A model generated the notes under the pieces. It was not told the DNA's origin and ran no database searches. It saw only the letters and a program-made list of their open reading frames with translations. From the NCBI GenBank assembly GCA_002721365.1, contig PBKC01000011.1, positions 38,029 to 102,028 of the forward strand: DNA of 64,000 nt. The letters run 5' to 3'. A program made the translations under genes and the position numbers. Every line of letters begins with the position of its first letter. Positions within the stretch are counted from its first letter, which is position 1. Positions 27,775-38,614 of the stretch are shown piece by piece. The DNA is from Rhodospirillaceae bacterium. Its GTDB lineage: Bacteria > Pseudomonadota > Alphaproteobacteria > GCA-2721365.

Positions 27775-29418
27775 ATGAGAGTTTGGAAAATCCTGGCGCT
27801 ATCCGCCGGGACAGCGCTTGCTGCGACGCCCGCGGCACTGGCAGACATGCAAGGCACCGGTGAGTCCGGTGGATGGGAAAAGCGTGTCGCTATCGAACCC
27901 GACCCCTCCAAAGTCGTGGTGCCTGACGGTTATGAGGTCGGCGTCTTCGTGAAGGGTCTCGACACACCTTCTGCGGCGACGGTCGACGGCGACGGCAACC
28001 TCTGGGTCGCGATCTCGGGCAATCTGTTCGGCGGCCTCGACGAGATCGATCCGCCGCACGTCAAGGTCTTCGACAAGGACGGCAATCTGATCAAGGAGAT
28101 CGGCAAGGGCGTCTTCTCGACGGTCATGAACGAGATCGCCTACTGCCCCGAGAACGGCGTCACCTACATTCCCGAGTACGGCGAGAAGATCTGGGAGATC
28201 AACGGCGTCGACGGCGAGCTCACCCAGATCATCGGCAACCTGCCGGTTGGTGACCACCGCAACGGCGGCGTCACCTGCAGGGACGGCTATCTCTATTTCG
28301 CGCTCGGCTTACCGAGCAACACCGGCTTCGCCGATCCCGATAATCACGGCTGGGTCGACGTCCCCAGTGATCCCTATTGGGAAATCCACGACGACGGTCT
28401 GCCCAACACGCCCCACGACGCACCGTGCCGCGACATCGAGCACACCGGCCTCAACGTCCGGTCGAGCGACGGCCGTCTGACCGGCGCCTACATGCCGGTG
28501 GGCGTCGCCGCACAGCCTGGGCAGATCGTCAAGGCGCAGACTCCCTGCCACGGCTCGGTCATCCGGGTGAAGCTCTCGGACAAGAACGCCGACGGCATGT
28601 ATTCCCATGATTCGATGGAGAATTATGCCTGGGGCTTCCGCAACCAGTCGGGCGTCGAATTCGGGCCGAAGGGCAGCAAATTCGAGAACGCGCTGGCGGT
28701 GTCGGATAACGGCGCCAACGACCTCGGCAACCGACGCATCGCCAACGGTGCCGAGAAGCTGTGGATCGTCACCGAGCAGGGCCAGGACGGCGGCTTCCCC
28801 GACAAGGAGGGGATGAATTTCGTCTCCAACAAGCGCTTCGGCCACAAGACCTACAACGGCTCGGTCGTCGACCGGCCGCTGCCGAACGCCTATATCGGCG
28901 ACGAGCCGTGGGTGCCCGAGCGCGTGCCCTACCGCTTCCAGCACCATGTCGACAACATCCGCGGCGTGCCGCTGATCACCGCCAACCCGAACCCGAACGG
29001 CTACATCAATCCGGTCCTGGAATGGGATACCAACAATCCCATCGACGGCATCGCCTGGAGCGCCGGCAACTACGGTGCCGACAATCATCTGTTCGGCGCC
29101 GTCTACGGCATCCTCGACACCGGCCCTGAAAGCCTGATCCCGACCTGGCCGATGATTCTTCAGGTCGAGTTCCTGGAGCCGACGGGTATCAAGTGGTCCG
29201 CGTTCGCCCAGAATATCGAGCCCGGCCCCAACGCCTACCAGAAGGAAGAGAACCGCGGCGGCCTCGAGCGTCCGAACGACGTCGTGTTCTCGAACGACGG
29301 CAAGACCATGTACGTGGTCGATTACGGCGAGGTCTACACCGACTTCGAGATGCCGTCGCCGTTCTACACCACCGCGGGTTCCGGCGTGATCTGGACGATC
29401 ACCTACACCGGCAACTGA
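27775..29418 (+). CDS. secreted beta-propeller protein, glucose/sorbosone-dehydrogenase-like
   Basis: A signal peptide ends in ALA. VVPDGYEVGVFVKGLDTPSAATVDGDGNLWVA resembles the first blade of soluble PQQ-type sugar dehydrogenases. ATG follows GGGAGGAAAAG. Confidence 0.55.
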   Translation: MRVWKILALSAGTALAATPAALADMQGTGESGGWEKRVAIEPDPSKVVVPDGYEVGVFVKGLDTPSAATVDGDGNLWVAISGNLFGGLDEIDPPHVKVFDKDGNLIKEIGKGVFSTVMNEIAYCPENGVTYIPEYGEKIWEINGVDGELTQIIGNLPVGDHRNGGVTCRDGYLYFALGLPSNTGFADPDNHGWVDVPSDPYWEIHDDGLPNTPHDAPCRDIEHTGLNVRSSDGRLTGAYMPVGVAAQPGQIVKAQTPCHGSVIRVKLSDKNADGMYSHDSMENYAWGFRNQSGVEFGPKGSKFENALAVSDNGANDLGNRRIANGAEKLWIVTEQGQDGGFPDKEGMNFVSNKRFGHKTYNGSVVDRPLPNAYIGDEPWVPERVPYRFQHHVDNIRGVPLITANPNPNGYINPVLEWDTNNPIDGIAWSAGNYGADNHLFGAVYGILDTGPESLIPTWPMILQVEFLEPTGIKWSAFAQNIEPGPNAYQKEENRGGLERPNDVVFSNDGKTMYVVDYGEVYTDFEMPSPFYTTAGSGVIWTITYTGN

Positions 29419-29442
29419 TAGACCGGCTTAGTCCCGGTAAAG

Positions 29443-29478
29443 AAGGGCGGCTCCGCAAGGGGCCGCCCTTTTCGTTTG
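29443..29478 (+). terminator. intrinsic terminator
   Basis: GGGCGGC-TCCGCAAGGG-GCCGCCC followed by TTTTCGTTTG. Confidence 0.75.
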
Positions 29479-29520
29479 CGCCTGCCTCGCTCTTCGGCCG
29501 GCGATCTCCGGTTCCCGTCG

Positions 29521-29562
29521 CTCGAAACGAAAGACCCCTCTCCCGTCACCGGAAGAGGGGTC
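29521..29562 (-). terminator. intrinsic terminator of the glutamate dehydrogenase gene
   Basis: On the minus strand: GACCCCTCT-tccggtgacggg-AGAGGGGTC followed by TTTCGTTTCG. Confidence 0.7.
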
Positions 29563-29602
29563 GATCGGCGGCGGGCAGGTAGACCCGCCCCACGAATACC
29601 CG

Positions 29603-30868
29603 TCAGGAGGCGAAGAACGCCTTGGTCCCGTGCGCGGCGACGGCGCTGGCGATCCGGTTCAGTGCATGAACATAGGCCGCGGTGCGCATGTCGATGCCGC
29701 GGTCCTGCTTGAACCTCCAGATCTCGTCGACGTTGGGTTCGATGAAGGTGCGAAGCTTCGAATGCACCTCCTCGATCGGCCAGTAGAAGCCGGCCTTGTT
29801 CTGCACCCACTCGAAATAGGAGACGGTGACGCCGCCGGCATTGGCGAGAATGTCCGGAACGACGGTGATGTTCTTCTTGTTGAGAATGGCATCGGCCTCC
29901 GGCGTGGTCGGCCCGTTGGCCACTTCCACGATGATCGGCGCGACGATGCGATCCGCATTCTCGTCCGTGATCTGATTTTCGAGCGCCGCCGGTATCAGGA
30001 TGTCGCACTCCTGTTCCAGAAGCTCCGAGTTCGACAATTCGGTCAGCTTGCCCGCCGACGGTGCGCCCGCCAGACCGCGCGTCTTCTGCTTGTGCTCGAA
30101 CACCGCAATCGGATCGAGGCCATCGGGGTCGTAGATCGCCGACCGCGAATCCGAGACGCCAATGATCTTGTAGCCGTCGTTATGCAGCAGCTCCGCCGCA
30201 TGGTACGAAGCGTTGCCGAAGCCCTGAAGGACGACCCGAGACTTCTTTTCGGGGCCAACCCCGAGATCCTTTTCGATGTAACGGATCGTATAATAGGCAC
30301 CACGCCCCGTGGCATCGCCACGGCCCAGCGACCCTCCGAGCGGAATGGGCTTGCCGGTAATCACCGCAGGCGACGGATGACCGACGATCGAGCTGTATTC
30401 ATCGGCGATCCAGCCCATCACCATCGCGTTGGTATAGACATCCGGTGCCGGAATATCGCGGTCCGGGCCGATGAAGTTGGAGAACGCCTGGGCGTAGGCC
30501 CGTGACAAGCGCTCAAGTTCGGCCGGCGAAAGCTGCTTAGGATCGACGGCGACACCCCCCTTGCCGCCACCGTAAGGCAGGTTCGCCACGGCGCATTTGA
30601 AAGTCATCCAGAACGCCAACGTCATCACCTCGTCGAGGTTGACGTTGGGGTGGTAGCGGATGCCGCCCTTGGTCGGGCCGCGCGTGTCGTCGTAGCGGCA
30701 GCGCCAGGCCTTGAATGACCGCCGCGACCCGTCGTCCATCCGGACCAACAGATTGGCGGCCAGCGTCTCCTTCGGATAGCGGAGCTTCTCCAACACGTCC
30801 GGATGCACGTCGATATGCTTCGCAGCCGCGTCGAGCCGTTCACGCGCGGAATCGAACAAGCGTGCCAT
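29603..30868 (-). CDS. gdhA: Glu/Leu/Phe/Val-family glutamate dehydrogenase
   Basis: KGGIRYHPNV and PYGGGKGG (catalytic Lys region). 421 aa. Confidence 0.9.
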   Translation of the reverse strand: MARLFDSARERLDAAAKHIDVHPDVLEKLRYPKETLAANLLVRMDDGSRRSFKAWRCRYDDTRGPTKGGIRYHPNVNLDEVMTLAFWMTFKCAVANLPYGGGKGGVAVDPKQLSPAELERLSRAYAQAFSNFIGPDRDIPAPDVYTNAMVMGWIADEYSSIVGHPSPAVITGKPIPLGGSLGRGDATGRGAYYTIRYIEKDLGVGPEKKSRVVLQGFGNASYHAAELLHNDGYKIIGVSDSRSAIYDPDGLDPIAVFEHKQKTRGLAGAPSAGKLTELSNSELLEQECDILIPAALENQITDENADRIVAPIIVEVANGPTTPEADAILNKKNITVVPDILANAGGVTVSYFEWVQNKAGFYWPIEEVHSKLRTFIEPNVDEIWRFKQDRGIDMRTAAYVHALNRIASAVAAHGTKAFFAS

Positions 30869-30990
30869 GTTCTCTTACTTCCCCCTTGTCTTCAGCCGGC
30901 CTTCGCTTAAGCAGCCGGCAATGGATAAGCCGCGAGGATTACGCTAGCACAAGAACCATCCCCGGACTATTGGGCCGCCGCTCGTCGATC

Positions 30991-32067
30991 TTAGGGGAGC
31001 ATCAGGGCGCGCGCGTCGGCTCCCACCTTGCCGGCAGCGGCTGCAATGTCGGACAGCGTCGACTCGTTCAGCGGTATTCCGTTCTGCCGGTAAAGCCGCT
31101 CGGTCTCGGCTTCCAGGCCGCCCGGCACGTAGAGCGGTCCGCCACCGGACGCGGGGCGACTTTCGCGGACCTGCCGGATCGCGGCGTCGGTCCGGCGGCG
31201 GAACGTTTCCGGGTCGACGAACCCCGCAACGTTCAAGGCCATGAAGAAATGTCCGTCCGCTCCGGGCCGGGGGCCGTCGACCATGTTGCCGAGCTCGGTG
31301 CCGTAGCACGCGCCGGACAGCAGGGTCGACAGAAGGCCGCTGACGATCGCCAGCCCCACCCCCTTGAAGCCGCCGATCGGTTGCAGCAGGCCGTCGAGTG
31401 CCGCCAACGCATCGTTGGTCGGCTGCCCGTCCGCATCGAACGCCCAGCCATCAGGGATCGAAGCGCCTTTCTGAGCGTAGACGCGGATCTTGCCATGGGA
31501 CGATCCGCTGAACGCCGCATCGAGGACGATGTCGTCCTCCCGATCGGCCGGAATGGCGACCGAGATCGGATTGATGCCGACGATCTTGTCCACCCCACCC
31601 CACGGCGCCATCGTCGGCAGGGCATTGGTGGCGGCGAGGCCGATCATGCCCTCCGCCGCCGCCTGCATGGGGTAGTAGGCCATGGCGCCGCAGTGGTTGC
31701 TGCCGCGCACCACCGCTACCGCGACGTTCAGCTCGCGTGCGCGCTCGATTGCCGCCTGCATGGCGAATACGCTCGCGATCTGGCCCATACAGTTGCCGCC
31801 GTCGACGACCAGAGCGCCGCCACGGTCCGACACCAGCGTCGGCCGTCCGCGAGGATCGACCCCGCCCAGCAATTTTTCGACATATTCTCCGACCCGCAGG
31901 ACGCCATGGGAGTGGACTCCGCGAAGGTCTGCCATGACCAGGCTGTCGGCGAGGAGTCCCGCATCGGCATCGCTCATGCCGCAAGCGGCGAAGACGTCGC
32001 CGCAAACCGTCTTCAGAACCGTCGCGTCGATCCGCCGTTCGTTCTCGCTGCCCGGATAGGCTGCCAT
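30991..32067 (-). CDS. Ldh2-family (malate/L-lactate dehydrogenase type 2) oxidoreductase
   Basis: DLRGVHSHGVLRV and GFKGVGLAIV. ATG follows GGGAGGA. Confidence 0.8.
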   Translation of the reverse strand: MAAYPGSENERRIDATVLKTVCGDVFAACGMSDADAGLLADSLVMADLRGVHSHGVLRVGEYVEKLLGGVDPRGRPTLVSDRGGALVVDGGNCMGQIASVFAMQAAIERARELNVAVAVVRGSNHCGAMAYYPMQAAAEGMIGLAATNALPTMAPWGGVDKIVGINPISVAIPADREDDIVLDAAFSGSSHGKIRVYAQKGASIPDGWAFDADGQPTNDALAALDGLLQPIGGFKGVGLAIVSGLLSTLLSGACYGTELGNMVDGPRPGADGHFFMALNVAGFVDPETFRRRTDAAIRQVRESRPASGGGPLYVPGGLEAETERLYRQNGIPLNESTLSDIAAAAGKVGADARALMLP

Positions 32068-32120
32068 CCCGTCCTCCCTGTTTCCCTTTCAGATCGCTAT
32101 CGCGGCGAAGCGATACTGAT

Positions 32121-33479
32121 TCAGCGGTAGTGCTCGCCCTCGTTCTCCTCTCCCGTTTCGACCTTCTTCACCGTCCGCAACGCATCCTTCACCCGGTCCC
32201 GATCCGACTGCAGCGCCAGCGCCTGCTCGGCTTGGCCGGCGATCCGGCGCGCCTCGCTCAGGAGATCGTTGCGATAGGCGGAATCGGAAATCGCCGTCAG
32301 CTTCTTGATCGCGCTCAAGAACTCCAGCGCGACCTCGACCTTCATGGCGCCGTCACGCGCCGGACCGCGAATTGCGTGCCGAAGCATGACTGCAAATCCG
32401 ACCGGATGGCGCATGACCCGCCCTTCCCCGATCCATGCGGGCGGATAGCTGGCCGGCGCCCCCCGCCCGGCGATCGCCAACAGGCTTTCCAGGTAGTCGA
32501 TGCAGGTGATCGTCGAGCCGACGTCGTTGATCCCGGGCGACAGCGCGCGGCTGGCGATCTCGGCGAGAAGGTCGATGCCCAGCAAGGGATCGCCCGCACT
32601 GCTCCGTTCGCTGCCGATCGCGATGAGCGAGCGCAGACGATCGATAACGGCGTCCCGATCGTTTTCATCGTCCGGCAAACCCTCCACCAGCATCAGCGGG
32701 GCCGCCTTGGAAACGAATTCCCCGATCCGGAAGAGCAGTTCGATCCTGACGTTGTGTTCCTCGGCCGCTTCGACCAACAGGTCGTGATCGACCCAGCGGA
32801 CATACCCCACCCTTTTCGGCCAAACGGGGACGCCCTCGGCAATCTTCTGCGGCGCGGGCCCCGCCGCAGCGGGATCGTCGGCCGCCTCGGCGAAATACTG
32901 CTGGAGTACGGCCTCCGCCTGCCGGTGCACGCGGGCGATCATCGTGTTGATCTTCAGGATGTCGGGAACGTGGTGGATCACCTCCAGGAGATAGCGGAGC
33001 ACAAGGATCACCAGCACCAACGTGGCGACGGCATAGATCGCCATACCCCGCCGTTCCACCAGATCTGCACCGATTACGATCAGGGCGCCGAAGCTGAAAA
33101 CGAACGTGGCGAGGAATATCCCGAGCGTGTTCTGAGCCACCGGATCGGCCATCAGCTCGGGAACGGCACGGGGCGACGCCTGTCCCGACGCGACGCTCAG
33201 GACCAGCATCAAGGCCGACATGATGATGGTGATGATGGTCAGCATGCCGCTGGCCAGGAACTTCAGCACTTCCTGGGCGGTCGCGGCGTGGGTGTCACCG
33301 AACCACGAGACCCACCCCTTCGGGACAAGCACTTCGGCGAAGGGAACGGCGATGGAGATCAGGGCTGCGACGATGCAGAAAGCCGCCGGACGGAACCAGA
33401 GCTGCGAGCGGAGGTCCAGGATCGCCCCGCGAAGCTGGGTGAGAAACCTGCGCTGCTTATGGGCGCCTATTTCGACCAT
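32121..33479 (-). CDS. DUF2254-type membrane protein
   Basis: 452 aa. There are four N-terminal hydrophobic helices followed by a large soluble domain. The family call comes from overall architecture. Confidence 0.6.
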   Translation of the reverse strand: MVEIGAHKQRRFLTQLRGAILDLRSQLWFRPAAFCIVAALISIAVPFAEVLVPKGWVSWFGDTHAATAQEVLKFLASGMLTIITIIMSALMLVLSVASGQASPRAVPELMADPVAQNTLGIFLATFVFSFGALIVIGADLVERRGMAIYAVATLVLVILVLRYLLEVIHHVPDILKINTMIARVHRQAEAVLQQYFAEAADDPAAAGPAPQKIAEGVPVWPKRVGYVRWVDHDLLVEAAEEHNVRIELLFRIGEFVSKAAPLMLVEGLPDDENDRDAVIDRLRSLIAIGSERSSAGDPLLGIDLLAEIASRALSPGINDVGSTITCIDYLESLLAIAGRGAPASYPPAWIGEGRVMRHPVGFAVMLRHAIRGPARDGAMKVEVALEFLSAIKKLTAISDSAYRNDLLSEARRIAGQAEQALALQSDRDRVKDALRTVKKVETGEENEGEHYR

Positions 33480-33595
33480 GCTGGACGGCTCACCATTCGA
33501 CCGAGGATGTCCGCGAAACAGTAGACCGGGCCATCCCGTTACTATGGCAGGCTCCGGTCGAGCCGTCGTCCCCGGCCGTTTTCCGCCTCATCGTC

Positions 33596-33625
33596 AATGA
33601 AAACGGCGGCTCGACCGAGCCGCCG
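33596..33625 (-). terminator. intrinsic terminator after the small hydrophilic-protein gene
   Basis: On the minus strand: CGGCGGCTCG-GT-CGAGCCGCCG followed by TTTTCATT. A second perfect 14-bp palindrome, GTGGCTCGCTGTCG|CGACAGCGAGCCAC, lies at 33634-33661. Confidence 0.65.
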
Positions 33626-33677
33626 CAGAGATCGTGGCTCGCTGTCGCGACAGCGAGCCACAGCCTCACACAAAGTG

Positions 33678-33869
33678 TTATCCGCCGGCCGGCTTTTTTC
33701 CGACCTTCTCAGCGTCCTTCAGATCGCCGCCGCGATCGTTTTCGACATCCTTTCTGGCCTTCTCCGCCAAGCCATGAACGTCCTTGTCACGGACTGTCTC
33801 ACGGACATGCTTGTCGTAGGCACGCGCCGCGGACCGGTTGCCCTCGCCTTCGTTCCTGCCGGACATCAC
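33678..33869 (-). CDS. small hydrophilic, charged stress-type protein (63 aa)
   Basis: MMSGRNEGEGNRSAARAYDKHVRETVRDKDVHGLAEKARKDVENDRGGDLKDAEKVGKKPAGG. SD GGAGGA precedes the start. The gene is flanked by a candidate EcfG-type promoter and terminators. Confidence 0.55.
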   Translation of the reverse strand: MMSGRNEGEGNRSAARAYDKHVRETVRDKDVHGLAEKARKDVENDRGGDLKDAEKVGKKPAGG

Positions 33870-33925
33870 ATCCTCCTTGAGTGCGTTTCGCCGTTGCGCC
33901 GGCCATCCGGCGCCTTCGCGATCTC

Positions 33926-33951
33926 AACGATTTGCGCCGGAACTCCGTTGC
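33926..33951 (-). promoter_or_regulatory. candidate EcfG-type (general stress sigma) promoter
   Basis: On the minus strand: GCAAC-N17-CGTT, compared with the consensus GGAAC-N16/17-CGTT. It lies about 55 nt upstream of the start codon. Confidence 0.35.
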
Positions 33952-33991
33952 CTGCGATGCTCGGGCCGGCGTTCGACCAAAGGAGGAATGC

Positions 33992-34465
33992 ATGCGGCTT
34001 GAAGGATCCTGCCACTGCGGCGCGGTGACGTTCTCGGTGGAGTCCCCTCATCCCTACCCCTACATGCGCTGCTATTGCTCGATCTGCCGGAAGACGGCCG
34101 GCACGGGCGGATATGCCATCAACCTGTCCGGGGCGTTCGATACGCTGGAAGTCGCGGGAGAGGAGAACATCACGGTCTTCCACGCGCGGATGGAGGACGG
34201 GTCGAAGAGCGAAGCCGAGCGGCGCTTCTGCCGGCATTGCGGCACCGCGCTCTGGCTCTACGACTCTCGGTGGCCGGACTTGGTCCATCCCCATGCCGGC
34301 GCAATCGACACCCCGTTGCCCTCGCCGCCTGAACACGTTCATATCCTCCTGGAATCGAAGCCGGACTGGGTGCCGGTCGACAGCAGGCCCGGCGATCCGA
34401 CCTTCGACGGTTATCCTGTGGATTCCATAGCGGAATGGCACGATCGGCACGGTCTCGTGAAGTGA
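33992..34465 (+). CDS. GFA (glutathione-dependent formaldehyde-activating enzyme-like) family protein
   Basis: ATG at 33992 follows AGGAGGA. The zinc-binding Cys pattern is CHCGAVTF...CYCSICRK...CRHCG. Confidence 0.8.
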   Translation: MRLEGSCHCGAVTFSVESPHPYPYMRCYCSICRKTAGTGGYAINLSGAFDTLEVAGEENITVFHARMEDGSKSEAERRFCRHCGTALWLYDSRWPDLVHPHAGAIDTPLPSPPEHVHILLESKPDWVPVDSRPGDPTFDGYPVDSIAEWHDRHGLVK

Positions 34466-36120
34466 CGGCAAAGCGGTACGGCAATAAGGCCATCGGGTGG
34501 CTGCTGGCGACACTGCTGCTGTTCGCGACGGCGGCGCCGGCAGAGGCCGCCTATGGCGAGGCAGGACGGCTGGTCCGGGATCTTCGGACGGTCCTCACGA
34601 CACCCGATCCCGCGATCGCGGTCGATGGCGACCGGCTCGATCTCGGTCCGGTCACGACATTCTATCGGCAACGCAACTACCGGCCGCTCTGGCTGGAGGG
34701 TGCAAGCGGGGCCGTCCGGCTCCGCGCCCTCCTCGATAGCCTGTCGGAAGCTGGGCGGCACGGACTGAACCCCGGCGACTATCCGGGCGATGCGATCAGG
34801 CGCCGCTTCGGCGATGCCTCGGCTGCCGATCAACTCGCCATGGAACTGACGGCGACCGCTGCGTTTCTGCGCTATGCCGACGATGTCGGCAACGGCCGCC
34901 TGTCGCCCGCCGTCGACCCGAAGTTCTTCCTGGTCGGCAAACGGACCGATGCCGAAAGCCTGCTGACCGCGGCGGCCGAAGCGACGAACTTTCCCGCCTT
35001 CCTCGACAGCCTCGCGCCCAAGAATCGCGAATACGCCGACCTCGTCACGATCCTCGAACGCTATCGGGCGCTGACGGCAGCGGGCGGATGGCCGGAATTT
35101 CCCGAAGGGCCGACATTGAAGCCCGGCATGACGGATCCCACCGTACCGATCCTCCGCCGCCGGCTCGCGATCGAGGACGTTATGGCGGAAACCACCGTCT
35201 CCGGCGATCCCAAGCTATACGAGGGTCCCGTCGTCGAGGCGGTGAAGCGCTTTCAGGCGCGCCAGGGACTCGAGATCGACGGCGTGGTCGGCCGCAACAC
35301 GCGCGCCGCGCTCAATGTTCCCGCGTCGCAGCGCATACAGCAGATCATCGTCAACATGGAACGTTGGCGCTGGATGCCAGACGACCTCGGTGAGCGCTAT
35401 ATCCTGGTCAACCTTGCCGGGTACCGGCTTGAGGTGGTCGAACAGGGCGCGCCCGTTCTCACCATGCGCGTCATCGTCGGCAAGACCTACCGTCAAACGC
35501 CGGTCTTCAGCGACCGCATGACCTATCTCGACATCAATCCCTATTGGACCGTTCCGCCGCGCCTCGCCCGCCAGGACATCCTGCCCAAGCAGGTGCACGA
35601 CCCCGGCTATCTGGCCGATCAAGGCATCCGCGTCTTCAGCAGTTGGAGCAGCGACGCCCGCGAGCTCAATCCCACCGCGATCGATTGGGCCTCTTATGTC
35701 GGACGCCACCTGCCCTACCGGCTGCGGCAGGACCCGGGGCCGAAGAATGCCCTGGGCCAGATCAAGTTCATGTTTCCGAACGAGTTCGACGTCTACCTGC
35801 ACGACACGCCGTCGCGACAGCTTTTCCAGCGGGCGGTGAGGACGTTCAGTTCCGGCTGCATCCGGGTGGAAAAGCCGCTCGACCTCGCCGAATACCTGCT
35901 CGGAAGCGATCCGAAATGGACGCGGGAGACGATCCAGGAAGCTATCGCCGACAAGAAGCGCAAGACCGTGATCCTTCCCGACCCCATCCCGGTCCACATC
36001 ACCTATTCGACGGTGTGGCGAGGCGAGGACGGTACTGTCCAGTTCCGCCCCGATATCTACGAGCGGGACGCCCTTCTCGCCCAGGCGCTGACCGCGCTCT
36101 CGGCCGGCGGACCGCTCTAA
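34462..36120 (+). CDS. L,D-transpeptidase (YkuD) with peptidoglycan-binding domain
   Basis: GTG at 34462 overlaps the upstream stop. A signal peptide is present. VKRFQARQGLEIDGVVGRNTRAAL is a PG_binding_1 motif, and YLHDTPSRQLF...SSGCIRV is the catalytic His/Cys motif. Confidence 0.85.
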   Translation: MTAKRYGNKAIGWLLATLLLFATAAPAEAAYGEAGRLVRDLRTVLTTPDPAIAVDGDRLDLGPVTTFYRQRNYRPLWLEGASGAVRLRALLDSLSEAGRHGLNPGDYPGDAIRRRFGDASAADQLAMELTATAAFLRYADDVGNGRLSPAVDPKFFLVGKRTDAESLLTAAAEATNFPAFLDSLAPKNREYADLVTILERYRALTAAGGWPEFPEGPTLKPGMTDPTVPILRRRLAIEDVMAETTVSGDPKLYEGPVVEAVKRFQARQGLEIDGVVGRNTRAALNVPASQRIQQIIVNMERWRWMPDDLGERYILVNLAGYRLEVVEQGAPVLTMRVIVGKTYRQTPVFSDRMTYLDINPYWTVPPRLARQDILPKQVHDPGYLADQGIRVFSSWSSDARELNPTAIDWASYVGRHLPYRLRQDPGPKNALGQIKFMFPNEFDVYLHDTPSRQLFQRAVRTFSSGCIRVEKPLDLAEYLLGSDPKWTRETIQEAIADKKRKTVILPDPIPVHITYSTVWRGEDGTVQFRPDIYERDALLAQALTALSAGGPL

Positions 36121-37391
36121 CGGTCGGGGTCGGGCGTACGCTTGAGAGCAGCAATGATGGCAGGGACCGGGCGTCTGGCTTCCATGCGGATGACCGCGTC
36201 CTCATCGAAGCTCGACACCGAGAAACCGGCCGCCTCGATCTCGTCATGCACATAGGCCACGGCATGGACGAAGCGGCGTGACGGGGCCAGGCGAAAGGCT
36301 GCATCGTCACCCTTCTCCAGCGAAAACAGGAAGCCACCCTCCGGAACCAGGACCGAACGCACAACGGCGAGCACCGGAGCGAGATCACCGAAATAGTTGA
36401 GTACATCCCCGGCGACGATCAGGTCGTAGCGCCGGGTGGTCTCGCCGAGGAATGCGACGATGTCGGTGGTGTGCAGCCGGTCGTAGATGCCGCGCCGACC
36501 CGCCTCGGCGATCATACCGGGCGACAGATCGACGCCTTCGAGCCAAGCCGCCTTCGATCGGAAGGCCGCACCGCACAACCCGGTGCCACAGCCGAGATCG
36601 AGGATCGATAGGCCGCCCTCCGGCAGGGAGAGCGCGCGGGCCGCCGTCGCCAGGAGCTCGGGCCCACGATAATCGAGCGTTTCGAGAAGCTGCTGATCGA
36701 AGGTCGGCGCGTACTGATCGAAAAGGTAGCGCACATAGGCCGGCGGTGCCCGGTCGGGCGGCGGCAAGGCGTTGAGCCGCGCAAGCCGGAGCGCGGTGCC
36801 GGCCCGATCTTCCGGATCGAGCATGAGCGCAGTCTGAAAGCTCCGGCCGGCCCTGTCCGCCATGCCGAGCGCGACCCAGGCCTCGCCGGCCAGCGCATGT
36901 GCCTCGGCACAATCCGGGTCGCATCGGAGGCAACGCTGCAACGCGGCCACGGCGTCGGGATAATTTTCGAGGTCAAGGAGTGCGCGGCCGTAGCTGAGGA
37001 GGATCGCCGCTGAATCGGGCGCGAGATAAGCTGCTTCCCTGAGCGTTTCCACGGCGACTTCCACCCGCCCGGCCAGCCGAAGCACCTCACCCAGGCGATG
37101 CCGAAAATGGGCGCTGTCCGGGCGTTCGGCGACCGCGGTCTCGGCGACCGAGACCGCCGCGTCCCATTGTCCCGCTTCCTGTAGAAGGTCGAGCAGGCAA
37201 TCTGCCGCGTAAGGCTCCCGCCAACCGCCGATCCAGGCCTGGAGCAGATGCGCGGCAGCAAGGTCCGTTCGGCCCTGCTCCTTGAGCTGCATCGCTTCGT
37301 CGAGAGGATCCGAGGGCAATGCCTCCGCCGTCTCACCGATGATGATCGGCTTCTTCTCCTCTCGTTCCCCGTCCCGCCGCATCGCAGTCAC
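36117..37391 (-). CDS. TPR-repeat / class I SAM-dependent methyltransferase fusion
   Basis: The N-terminal half is TPR-like helices. ILDLGCGTGLCG is SAM motif I. Confidence 0.75.
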   Translation of the reverse strand: MTAMRRDGEREEKKPIIIGETAEALPSDPLDEAMQLKEQGRTDLAAAHLLQAWIGGWREPYAADCLLDLLQEAGQWDAAVSVAETAVAERPDSAHFRHRLGEVLRLAGRVEVAVETLREAAYLAPDSAAILLSYGRALLDLENYPDAVAALQRCLRCDPDCAEAHALAGEAWVALGMADRAGRSFQTALMLDPEDRAGTALRLARLNALPPPDRAPPAYVRYLFDQYAPTFDQQLLETLDYRGPELLATAARALSLPEGGLSILDLGCGTGLCGAAFRSKAAWLEGVDLSPGMIAEAGRRGIYDRLHTTDIVAFLGETTRRYDLIVAGDVLNYFGDLAPVLAVVRSVLVPEGGFLFSLEKGDDAAFRLAPSRRFVHAVAYVHDEIEAAGFSVSSFDEDAVIRMEARRPVPAIIAALKRTPDPDR

Positions 37392-37500
37392 GCCCTGACA
37401 CCGGCAAGCGCACCGGCCCGAATGATGTCGTTCGTGGCAGCGCCATCTGCAATGGCCAAGTCACGGCTGACCGACAAACCCCAGGGCATGCGGCCGGTCC

Positions 37501-38610
<1,110 letters not shown>

Positions 38611-38614
38611 CGCC

